A stretch of DNA of 64,000 nt, taken from assembly GCA_026770705.1 (NCBI GenBank), contig JANJGN010000017.1, forward strand, positions 18,290,001 to 18,354,000, in the 5' to 3' direction. The notes under the pieces are model-generated. The model ran no database searches. It had not been told where the DNA came from and saw only the letters and a list, made by a program, of their open reading frames with translations. A program made the translations under genes and the position numbers. How positions within the stretch are numbered: the first letter of the stretch is position 1; each line of letters opens with the position of its first letter. The DNA comes from Isurus oxyrinchus. Its lineage: Eukaryota. This document shows positions 38,301-50,300 of this stretch, in pieces.

Positions 38301-41300
38301 CATTACTAAGTGTCCTACCTGGCTTCATGTGACCGCTACCATAATGGAATGTCTGTTCAATAACACTAGACACATTGAAGTCTTTTGAACTCGTAACACA
38401 AATGACATAGAAATAAATGTTTCTACAGCACCTCCTTGCATTGTTAATGTGACTCAACACGTCAGACAACAGATTATTTTGAAGGAAGGACTGCTGTTAT
38501 GTTGCAAAATGTAATAGTCACCCTACTACCTGCAAAGAGGGGCGTTTGTTTTTATTATAATTTGCCCTGATGATCTGGTAAAGTTGGCAAGGCCATTTAT
38601 GACCAAATCTTGGTTGCTTTGAGGAGTTATTGATGGGCTTTCTTCCATTTTTATAGTCACTATCTGTACCATTGAAAGGTTTGTTGGGCCATTGCAAATT
38701 GGATTTTAAGGGAATGGACAGAGGTGAAAGGTTTCTTTCCTTGAAAAGATTACTGAACCACTTTGGATTTTAAAAAAAGCTTCCATGGTTACTGTTTCAG
38801 ATTTATTGAATCCAATTTCACAACTGGCCACAGTGGAATCTGAATTCACAAATCCTACCCTAAAACATTCCCTACCCCCACGAACGTCCCCAATCATGGC
38901 TTTGCATTTGCAATTCCGCTCCTGCAACCCAATACACTGCCTCCATACATCCATTACCCCTGGAAAATCCTCAATTCCTACCAGAACATTCCCAAATCCC
39001 ACCCTGCATTACCAAAGCCCACACATCATCAAATCCTGTCCCCACATCCACAGACCCCACTCCACATCCCCACATGCTCTTCATTCCCAAATCCCATACC
39101 CACGTCACCAAATCCTGTCCCCATATCCCTAAATCCTAGTCACGCCTGTCCACACACTCCCAAACACAGTCATGCAACTTTTCCACACTATGAGAGTGGG
39201 GATGATCAGAGGTTGCATTTGTTGAGGGGGGCATGGCAGGAAATGTGAACAGTTCTTTCAGAGAGCCAGCACAGATACAATGGGCTGAATGGGTAAGAGA
39301 ACGGAACTGAGGGGATAGCTCTCTCAGAGAGAGGGCACAGGGAAGATGGGCCTAATGGCCTCCTTCAGTGCTGTAAAATTCTATGATTCTCTCCAGAGGG
39401 TGCCTTCTCCCCTCTGTCTCCATTAGACTGAAATTACTATTGTGAAAGAGCAGTGTAAACAGAACCTCAAAGTACTCACAGTTTTTTCAATCTTTGCAGC
39501 CTCATCCCTGGGCATTCGGTCCAGGAAATCATGGTAGTGTTTGAGGCCAATGGTCTGCTGCTTAGTGAGACTAGCTTTTGTGTGAATGTCATCTAAAGTT
39601 CTGAATCCCTGTAAAACAGGTAAAAGTACTAAAGCTTCACAATGTAGTTTACAAAGCAATAATAGGAATTCTTTCTTTTTACCAGAAGAATGAGCACATG
39701 GAACAGTTTACATGCAAAGGGGTGGAATTGGATAGTCTCATCAACAAATGAGATTATTAGAGCTTCAGCAAGGGAATCCTATGGATAGGTGGATTGGCTG
39801 GCTGAAGGTTATCCAACTGCTTGCAGATTTTAAAGAAAGAACTTGCATTTCTGTAGCACCTTTCATGACTTCAGGATGTCCCAAAGTTCTTCACAGCCAA
39901 TGAGGTACTTCTCAATTGTCGTCGCTGTTGTTACTATGTAAACGTTAGCAAAGGCAATGGAGACTCACTCCTCTACGGTCTCCTCTACATTGGAGAGACT
40001 AAACGTAAACTGGGCGACTGCTTTGCAGAATACCTGCGGTCTGTCCACAAGAAAGACCCAAACCTCCCTGTCGCTTGCCATTTTAACACTCCACCTTGCT
40101 CTCTTGCCCACATGTCTGTCCTTGGCTTGCTGCATTGTTCCAGTGAAGCTCAACGCAAACTGGAGGAACAGCACCTCATCTTCCGACTAGGCACTTTACA
40201 GCCTTCCAGACTGAATATTGAGTTCAACAACTTTAGATCTTGAACTCCCTCCTCCATCCCCACCCCCTTTCCGTTTCTTCCCCCTTCCTTTTGTTTTTTC
40301 CAATAATTTATAAAGATTTTTCTTTTTCCACCTATTTCCATTATTTTTAAATCTTTTATGCCCTGCTAGTCTTTCCACCCCACCCCCACTAAAGCTGTAC
40401 CTTGAGTGCCCTGCCATCCATTTTTAATTAGCACATTCGTTTAGATAATATCAGCACCTTCAACACCTCTTTGTTCTTTTGTCTGTGACATCTTTTGATT
40501 ATCTGCTCCTATCACTGCTTACTTGTCCCTACAACCACACCACCCCTCCCACTTCTCCCCCCTGCCCCCCACCCCCACCTCAAACCAGCTTATATTTCAC
40601 CCCTCTCCTAATATTCACTCAGTTCTACTGAAGGGTCATGAGAACTCGAAACGTCAACTCTTTTCTTCTCCGCCGATGCTGCCAGACCGGCTGAGTTTTT
40701 CCACGTAATTCTGTTTTTGTAATGGAGACTCACAGTTGCCTTTGTCAACATCCAGAGGTTAGAGAGGAAATTCTTGGAGGGAAAAATCAACCAGGGTTCC
40801 TGCTCCTGATCCAGGATGAAATGGAAGCATGTGGATGAAGACAAGATTTGATGTGTGACTGTGAGCCAGTGATTCCTGTGCAGCTGAAGCCCAGCAGGAA
40901 CCAGTAACTTTGGGAAAGGATGAGGGAGGGGAAAAGGAGAAAAATCACATTTGGTTTGGTCTGGCGTACAGGAAAAAGGACAACTTTATTTCCTGCTGTA
41001 TCAGTGATGTTCTTGCTGGATTTCCCAATGTTCAATATCTCCCCACATTGGGAACTAAGCATGTGGGAATCACCACATCCAATCACTTCATGCTGCAGAG
41101 TGACAGACCAGCATTACTCCCCAACGAGGTCAAAGAATTGTACGAGCGTTTCAAATTGCCTCTAAAACAGGAATTCTCCAGGGATCCCAGCCAACATTTC
41201 CCCTCACTTTGGGAGTTCTCTATATATTTATATTACAGTCACCTCACTTCAAAGTAATCTAATTCTATATGAAGCACTGTGAGATGTTATGATCAGGTAG

Positions 41301-44300
41301 TATAGAAATATCAGGCTTTGGTATAACATGCTATAACTTGGGAGCCTGGTTTCTGTAGTCTACCGGCTGTAACTCTAACAAACAAGGTCCAGGAGAGCAT
41401 GAAGGCAACAACAGTAAACCCAAGCATCTGCTCAAAGAATAGAAAACGCTGCATAACCTGCATCCCACCTGTTGGTACCACATCTGAGCTGTCTTCACAC
41501 CAGCTCCCCAGATGTTCGAGAAGGTTTCTAGCACAGGGACGCTCTCACTGATGTAGTCAAGCTTGCGCAGGTGCCCGCTCTGTAGTATCTCTCTGATTTT
41601 CTCAGCCATGCGTTTGCCAATACCAGGGATCTTGCAGGCTTCCTGTGAGTGGCAAAGGGGAAATCAGCTCCAAAATAAGTTTACAAACACAAATCAAGCC
41701 AAGTCTTTAAGGTTGTTAAAAAAGTGAATGGAATCCTTGACTTAGAACATAAAATCAAGGAAGTTATGCTAAATCTAAAGACAACACTGATTGGGCTCCA
41801 GTGAAAGGTTTGTGGCCAATTCTGGGCACCATTCTTGGAAGGTTGTCAACCTTGTGGAGGGTGTAGAAGGGATTTGCTAGATTGATACCAGGGATGAGGA
41901 ACTTCACTTATGTGGAGAGTCTGGAGAAACTGGAATTTTTTTTTAATTATTTGTGGGCTTTGCTGGTTAGGCCAGGGTTTGCTGCCCATCTCTAATTGCC
42001 CTTGAGGAGGTGTTGGTGAGCTGCCTTTTTGAACTGCTGCAGTCCATGTGTTGTGGTAAAAGCCACAGTGTTATTAGGAAGGGAGTTCCAGGATTTTGAC
42101 TCAGTGACAATGAAGGAACGGTGATATAGTTCCAAGGCAGGATGGTGTGTGACTTGGTGGTGTTCCCATTCATCTGCTGCCCTTATTCTTCAAAGAGGTA
42201 AAGGTCACAGGTTTGGAAGGAGCTCTTGAAGGAGCCTTGGTGAGTTGCTGCAGTGCATCTTGTCGATGGTACACACTGCTTCCACTGTGCGTCAGTGCGG
42301 GAGGGAGTGAATGTTGAAGGTGGTGGGTGGGGTGCCAATCAAGTGGGCTGCTTTGTCCTGGATGGTGTCAAGTTTCTTGAGTGTTGTTGGAACTGCACTC
42401 ATCCAGGCAAGTGAACAGTATTCCATCACACTCCTGACTTATGCTTTGTAGATGGTGGACAGGCTTTGGGAAGTCAGGAAGTGAGTTACTCGCCACAGAA
42501 TTCCCAGCCTGTGACCTGCTCTTGTCACCACAGTACTTATATAACTGGTCCAGTTCAGTTTCTGGTCAATGGTAACCCCCAGGATGTTGATAGTGGGGGA
42601 TTCAGCAATGATAACACCATTGACTGCCAAGGGGAGATGATTAACTTCTCTCTTATTGGAGATGGTCATTGCCTGGCACTTATGCAGTGCAAATGTTACT
42701 TGCCACTTATCAGCCCAAGCCTGAATGTTGTGCAATCATTGTGCAATCATCTGTGAACATCCTACTTCTGACCTTATGATGGATGGAAGGTCATTGATGA
42801 AGCAGATGAAGATGGTTGGGCCGAGGACACTACCCTGAGGGACTCCTGCAGCGACGTCCCGGGACTGAGATGATTGGCCTCCAACAACCACAACCATCTT
42901 CCTTTGTGCTACGTATGACTTCAACCAGTGGAGAGCTTTACCCCTGCTTCCCATTGACGTCAGTTTTGCTAGGTCTCCTTGATGCCACACGAGGTCAAAT
43001 GCTGCCTTGATGTCAACGGCAGTCACTCTCACCTCGCCTCTTGAGTTCAGCTCTTTTGTCCATGTTTGGGCCAAGGATGTAATGAGGTCAGGAGCTGAGT
43101 GGCCCTGGCGGAACCCAAACTGAGCATCAGTGAGCAGATTATTGTTGAGTAAGTGCCGCCAAATAGCACTGTTGATGACCCCTTCCATTGCTTTACTGAT
43201 GCTGGAGAGTAGACTGATGGGGTGGTAATCGGCCGGGTTGGATTTGTCATGCTTTTTGTGTACAGGGCCTAGCTAGGCAATTTTCCACATCGATGAGTAG
43301 ATGCCAGTGCTGTAGCTGTACTGGAACAGCTTGGCTATGGGTGCGGCTAGTTCTAGATCACAGGTCTTCAGTACCATTGCAGGAATGTTGTTAGGGCCCA
43401 TAGCCTTTGCAGTATCCAGTGCTTTTAGCCATTTCTTGATATCGCATGGAGTGTATCAAATTGGTTGAAGACTGGTATCTGTGAAGCTGAGGGCCTCAGA
43501 AGAAGGCTGAGATGGATCATCCACTCGGCACTTCTGGCTGAAGATTGTTGCAAATGCTTCAGCCTTGTCTTTTGCACTGATGTGCTGGGCTTCCTCAATC
43601 ATTGGGGATGGGATATTTGTGGAGCCTCCTCCTTTAGTTAGTTGTTTAATTGTCTACTGCCATTCACGACTGAATCTGGCAGGACTGCAGAGCTTAAATC
43701 TGATCCATTGGTTGTGGAATCATTTAGTTCTGTATATCACTTGCTGCTTGTGCAATTTGGTATGCAGGTAGTCTTATGTTGTAGCCTCACTAGGTTGAGA
43801 TCTTATTTTTAGGTATGCCTGGTGCTGTTCCTGGCATGCCCTTCTGCATTCTTTATTGAACAAGGATTGATCCCTGGCTCGATGGTAATGGGAGAGTGGG
43901 AGATATGGCGGGCCACAAGGTTACAGATTATGGTTGTATACAATCCTGCAGCTGATGGCCCACAGTGCCTCATGGTTGCTCAGTCTTCAGTTGCTAGATC
44001 TGTTCTGGATTTAGCACGATGGTAGTGCCACACAACATGATGGAGGGTATCCTCAATGTGAAGATGGGACTTCATCCCTACAAGGACTAAACGATGGTCA
44101 CTCCCATCGATACTGTCATAGACAGATGTATCTTCAACAGGTAGATTGATAAGGATGAGATAGAGTATGTTTTTCCCTCTTTTTGGTTCCTTGAGCAACT
44201 GCCGCAGACCCAGTCCAGCAGCTATGTCCTTTAGGAGTTGGCCAGCTCGGTCAGTAGTGGTGCTACCGAACCACTCTTGGTGCTGGACATTGAAGTCCCC

Positions 44301-47300
44301 CAGCCAGGGTACATTCTGTGCCCTTGCAACCCTCAATGCTTCCTCCAAGTGGTGTTCAACATGGAGGAGTATCGGTTCATCAGCTGAGGGGGCTAGTAGA
44401 TGGTATCAGTAGGAGGTTTTCTTGCCCATGTTTGACCTGATGCCATTAGGTCTGGAGCTGATATTGTGAACTCCCAGAGGGCAACTCCCTCTCGCCTGTT
44501 TACCACTATGCTGCCACCTCTGTTGGGTCTGTCCTGTTGGTGGGATGCCAGTACTCCTCCATGTTAAACACCACTTGGAGGAAGCACTGAGGGTTGCAAG
44601 GACACAGAATATACCCTGGGTGGGGGACTTCAATGTCCAGCAGCAAGAGTGGTTCGGTAGCGCCACTACTGACCAAGCTGACCAGTGGATCCCAGGGACG
44701 GTGACAGTGGTGTCTGGACATTGTAAGGTATTGTTCTGTGAGTACGGCTATGTCAGGCTGTTGCTTGACTAGTCTGTGGGACTGATCTCCCAATTTTTGC
44801 ACAAGCCCCCAGGTGTTAGTAAGGACGACTTTGCAGGGTTGACAGGGCTGGGTGTGGCATTGTTTCTGGTAACTAGGTTGATGCCGGGTGGGCCGTCCGG
44901 TTTCATTCCTTTAAGGCTTTGTAGCAGTTTGAAAAAACTGAGTGATTTGCTTGACCATTTCAGGTGGCAGTTAAGATTCAACCACATTGCTGTGGGTCTG
45001 GAGTCACATGTAGGCCAGATTTTCTTCCCTAAAGGGCATTCGTGAACAAGGTAGGTTTTCATAATAATCAATAATCTTAGACTAGTTTTTAATTCCAGAT
45101 TAAATAACTAATTTAACTTCCACCAGCTGCTGAGGTGGGATTTGATCCAGATGTCCCCAGAGCATTAGCCTGGGCCCCTGGATTACTTGTCTAGTGATAT
45201 TACCACTGCTCCATCGCCTCTTTCTCCTTGGAGCAGAGAAGGCTAAGGTTAATGGAGGGGGTTCAAAATCATGAAGGGTTTTGGAAGAGTAAGTATGGCG
45301 AAAATGTTTCCACTGGCAGGTGTGTTAGTAACCAGAGGACACAGATTTAAGATAATCAGCAAAATAGCCAGGGAGTTGGCGGGGGAAAATAAGGAGAAAT
45401 TTTTTACATTGCAAGTTGTTGTGATCTGAAATGAGTTGTCTGAAAGGGAACTGGAAGCAGTTTCAATTATAACATAGTCATAGAATGCTTAGAGCACGGA
45501 ACGAGGCCATTTGGCCCATCATGTCTGTACCGGCTCTCTTCAAGAGCAATTCGCCTAGTGTCACTTCCTTGCCTTTTCTCTGTAGCCCTGCAAATCTTTC
45601 CTCTTCAGATAATTATCAAATTCTCTTTTGAAAACCTGCCTCCACCACACTCTTAGGCAGTGCATTCCAGATCCTAACCATTCCCTGTGTATAAAGATTT
45701 TTCCTCATGTCTCCATGGCTTCTTTTGCGAATCATCTTAAATCAATGACTCTGGTTCCCCATCCTTCCACCAATGGGAACAGTCCCTCCCCATGTACCTT
45801 AGTCCAGACCCCTCATGATTTTGAATACCTCTATCAAATCTCCTCTCTTTAAGGAGAACAATCCCAGCTTTTCCAATCTATCCACGTAACTGAAGCTCCT
45901 GAAACCACTCTCGTGAATCTTTTCTGCGTCCTCTCTAATACCGTCACATCCTTCCTAAAGTGCAGTGTCCAGAACTGGCGCAATACTCCAAAACTCTGTG
46001 CCCCTATTAATAAAGCCCAGCATCCCTTAAACTTTATTAACTGCTCTCTCGACCTGCCTTGCAACCTTCAATGATTTATGTACATATATCCCCAGCAACA
46101 TTTGCTTTAATTTTTTCCATCTATGTGTATTAAGAATTTTGTTACGTGCACCAATATCAAGGTAATGTGCGGATGAACGCTGCCAGGAGAAACAAAAAAC
46201 TCTCTATAATATATACTTTTTAAAAGTTACCACAGGTATGGAAGAAGAAAGAATACCAGCCCCAGCCATTGACACATTTGACACGTTAAAAACATAAGGG
46301 TATTTTTAGGGAGTTTGTGACCAGTTTTGGATTCCTAATTCTGATCTCCACAAAGGTTCTCATGGGACCATAAGGCCATAAGATGTAGGAGCAGAAGTAG
46401 GTCATTCAGCCCATCGAGTCTGCTCCACCATTCAATGAGATCTTGACTGATCTGATAATCCTCAACTCCACTTTCCTGCCTTTTTCCCATAACCCTTGAT
46501 TCCCTTACTGATTAAAAATCTGTCTATCTCAGCCTTGAATATACTTAACGACCCAGCTTCTACAGCCTTCTGCAGTAAAGAATTCCACAGATTTAGTACC
46601 CTCTGATAGAAGGAATTCCTCCTTATCTCTGTCTTAAATGGGTGACCCTTTACTCTGAGATTATATCCTCTGGTCCTAGACTCTCCCACAAGGGGAAACA
46701 ACCTCTCAGCATCTACCCTGTCAAGCCCCCTAAGATTCTTATATATTTCAATAAGGTCATCTCTCATTCTTCTAAACTCCAATGAGTACAGGCCCAACCT
46801 ACTCAACCTCTCCTCATAAGAAAATCCCTCCATTCCCAGGATCAACCTAGTGAACCTTCTCTGGATTACATCCAATGCCAGTTTATCTTTACTTAGATAA
46901 GGAGGCCAAAACTGTTCACTGTATTTTAGGTGTAGTCTAACTAGTGCCTCATATAGTTTTAGCAAGACTTCCCTATTTTTATATTCCATTCCCTTTGACA
47001 TAAAGGCCAACATTCCATTTGCCTTCCCTATTACCTGCTGAGCTTGTATGCTAGCATTTTGTGATTCATGCACAAGGACCCCCAAATCCCTGTGCTGCAG
47101 CTTTCTGCAGTCTTTCTCCAGTTAAATAATATTCAGCTCCTCTATTCTTCCTGCCAAAGTTCACAACCTCACATTTTCCCACACTATATTCCATCTGCCA
47201 AGTTTTTGCCCACTCACTTAATCTGTCTATATCCCTCTGTAGACTCTTTGTGTCATCCTCACCACTTGACTTTCCACCATTTGAAACCATATATACTTCC

Positions 47301-50300
47301 AAATACTACCTCCCCTCAACTCAATTTAAGATTACTGGTAATATTTCCACTGAAGGAGAGAGGGAAAAAAGCACATTTGATAGATTACATTCTGAAGAGT
47401 TTTTGATAGAGTATACATTTCCTATGGGAATTCAGTGATAAGAGGGGTGGAGTCACCAATTTAAAATCATCATTAAGAGAGTGATGGGAAAGGTTAGGAG
47501 AAATGTCTTTACGTTGTGTTATTGGAATGTTTTGGCACTGGGAACATTTGAGGCAGAGACACTAGCATTTCTTCAAGAGGGAATCGGTCAAAAAGCAAAC
47601 TATAACAATTGGGATCATTTTAACATGAGATCAAAGGACGGTAAAATCTGGCAAAGTGCAAAACGCTGGCACCAATCAGTTTCCTGGTGGGCGGTCAGGT
47701 TAAAATTACCCTCAGTGTAAATGGAAGTTCCTCTACTTGGGGAGAGAGGAAAAAAAGGCAGAGATTTTACCTGAAAGGAGGACACCGGCTTCTGGTAACT
47801 CTTCAGGGCGTTGATGGCCTTGGCGTATCCCAGCGCTCTCCACTTGTCACCTTGATGTGTGTATGCAGCTGCCAGCACCTCCAGCTTGTCTGTGATGGGC
47901 TTGTTGTGGTTTTGCTTCTTACTTTTGGACGATTGGGCACACACCCACTTGCCACTGACAACTGGTTCACTGGGATCAGACTCACTGGGCGAATGGCTGT
48001 TTCCGGACACCAAGGCTTGCAGGTCATGCTCGGAGACTCGGTCATCTTCAACATCACTTCTGTCTTCATCTTCAGATAACTAGGGAGACACCACAGTAAA
48101 AGGGGTGACTATTTCACCAACACATCACATTTAGAGATAGCTGCCTCCCAACACTCCTCATGGGTTCAGTTTGTAAATGTGTAAGAAAGACTTGCATTTC
48201 TATAGCACCTTTCACAACCTCAGGACACTCCAAAGCGCTTCACAGCAAAATAAGTACTTTTAAAGTATAGGAATTGTTGTCATGTAGGAAATATGGAAGC
48301 CAATTTGCACCCACAGCCAGATCCCATAAACAGCAAAATGATATTGACCAGAAAATCTGTTTTAGTGATGTACGTTGAGATAAAAGTTGCTCAGCATACC
48401 GAGAACTCATCTGCTCTTCTTCAAAACAGTGGCCATGGGGTCTTTTATGTCTATCTAACAGGGCAGAAGAGGCCTCAGTTTAATGTCTCAGCTCAAAGAT
48501 GGCACTCTCTCAGTATTGCCTCTTCGACAGTGCAATATTCTCTCAGTACTGACCCCCTGAGATTGCAGTGTTCCCTCAGGACTGCCCCTCCGACAGTGCA
48601 GTGCTCCCCTAGTACTGCGCTCCCTCAGTACTCCCTTTGACAGTGCATCACTTCCTCAGTACTGGCCTCCTAACAGTGCAGCGCTCCCTTAGTACTGACT
48701 TTCCAACAGTGCAGTGCTCTTTCAGTACTGACCTTCTGACAGTGTAGCCCTCCCTCAGCACTGACCCTCCGACAGTTCTAACCATTGGGAGTCGGAACCT
48801 TGGTTGATTCCCAAATAGCTCTCTCAATACTGCCACCTCCAACTGTGTAGTGTTCCCCCAGTACTGCAATGGAAGTGTCAAATTGGATTATATGATCAGA
48901 TTTCTGGAATGGGACTTAAAGCAATGTGACTCAGAATTGAAAGCGCTACCCACTGAGGCACAGCTAAAACTACATACCACACAGGGGACTGTTCCATCTC
49001 ATCATGCTTCAATGACGCATATAAAAGGGACAATAGGCAAGAGTTTTATTTAAAATCAATTTTCAAAAGGGGCTTGGAATGGGCAATCAGCATCCCTACC
49101 CGAGACAGGTTGTTATCAGTATTTCAGATGGGGTCCTATGTTGATCATAGAATCAATGCAATGTTTGAGTGCTAGCGGGAATGCTGGTTAGCCCCTTCTA
49201 AAAACTACAGAGGCAGCAGCCTGTGCCTTCTCATATCTGTGACCCCCTGCCCCTCCCCAGGGTTACCCTGCGACCCCACCCCCCAAACCCGATTGTGGCT
49301 GAGTTAAATGACCACTGCAGGGCAGTAGCTCTTGTGCTGCTGCAACTGGCCACAGTGGAGAAAGGGGTTTTGGAATCAACTAAGGTTCCCACTCCCGATG
49401 GTTAATTTCCCTTACGGAATATTGATTCCCACTCTGGATGGATGATCGTTTTCCAGATGGTTGGTTCTCTATCCGGAATCTGGCTCCCACTCCAGAAGGC
49501 TCTCTCCAATGACTCCTTTCAGAATATTTACTCACCTTGGCTCAGGATAGGGTTACCTCAGGTTAGGTGCCATGAAAAATGTACAGGTGGATACTTTGGA
49601 GAATCCTTCACAGAGTTGAAATAGACAACAACAATTTGCATTTATATAGTGCTTTTAATGTATAACTCATCCTAAAATGCCTCACAGAACCGTTATCAGA
49701 CACAATTTGACACCAACACCCTTAAGCAGACATGAGGACAGATGGCCAAAAGCTTGGTCAAAGAGATAAGTTTAAAGAGGTCTTAAAGGACGGGAAAGAG
49801 GTGGAAAGGTGGAGAGGTTTTGGGAGGGAATTCCAGAGCTTGGGGCCCAGTCAGCTGAAGGCATAGTCGCCAATGGTGGAGTGATTAAAATTGGGAATGC
49901 ACAAGAATGCACCGAATTTAGGGTTGCAGAGATCGAGGAGAATAGTAGGGCTGGAAAGCTTTGAAAAGGAGATGGGAGTTACTCTACCTGTGCTGCAGAG
50001 GCTTGTACTGTTTCACTGTTTTCCTCAGGTGTGGTCTCTCTTGGCTGATCAGCAACCGGTTTTTCTGCCTCCGTACAGTTCAACTTGGCCTTTGACTGTC
50101 TCCCTGATTGACAGCTGATCTCTGTATTCCCTTGCTGACCCTCGCATCCTGACCCTTGAGCCTTGACCCGCTGTTCAGGCTGCAAGTATCTGTCTGGGAT
50201 GAAGACACTGTAGCCCGCAGTGCTCAGAATTCTCTTCTCCGAGAGGCATAAACTGAGCCACGTAGATTGCACCAGCTGAATGTTGGGAGGCAGCACCTCC

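Noticed and set aside
49054-49625. Possible MITE with attttcaa...ttgaaat termini
   Set aside because: Termini are short and imperfect, with no TSD and no second copy in the window.
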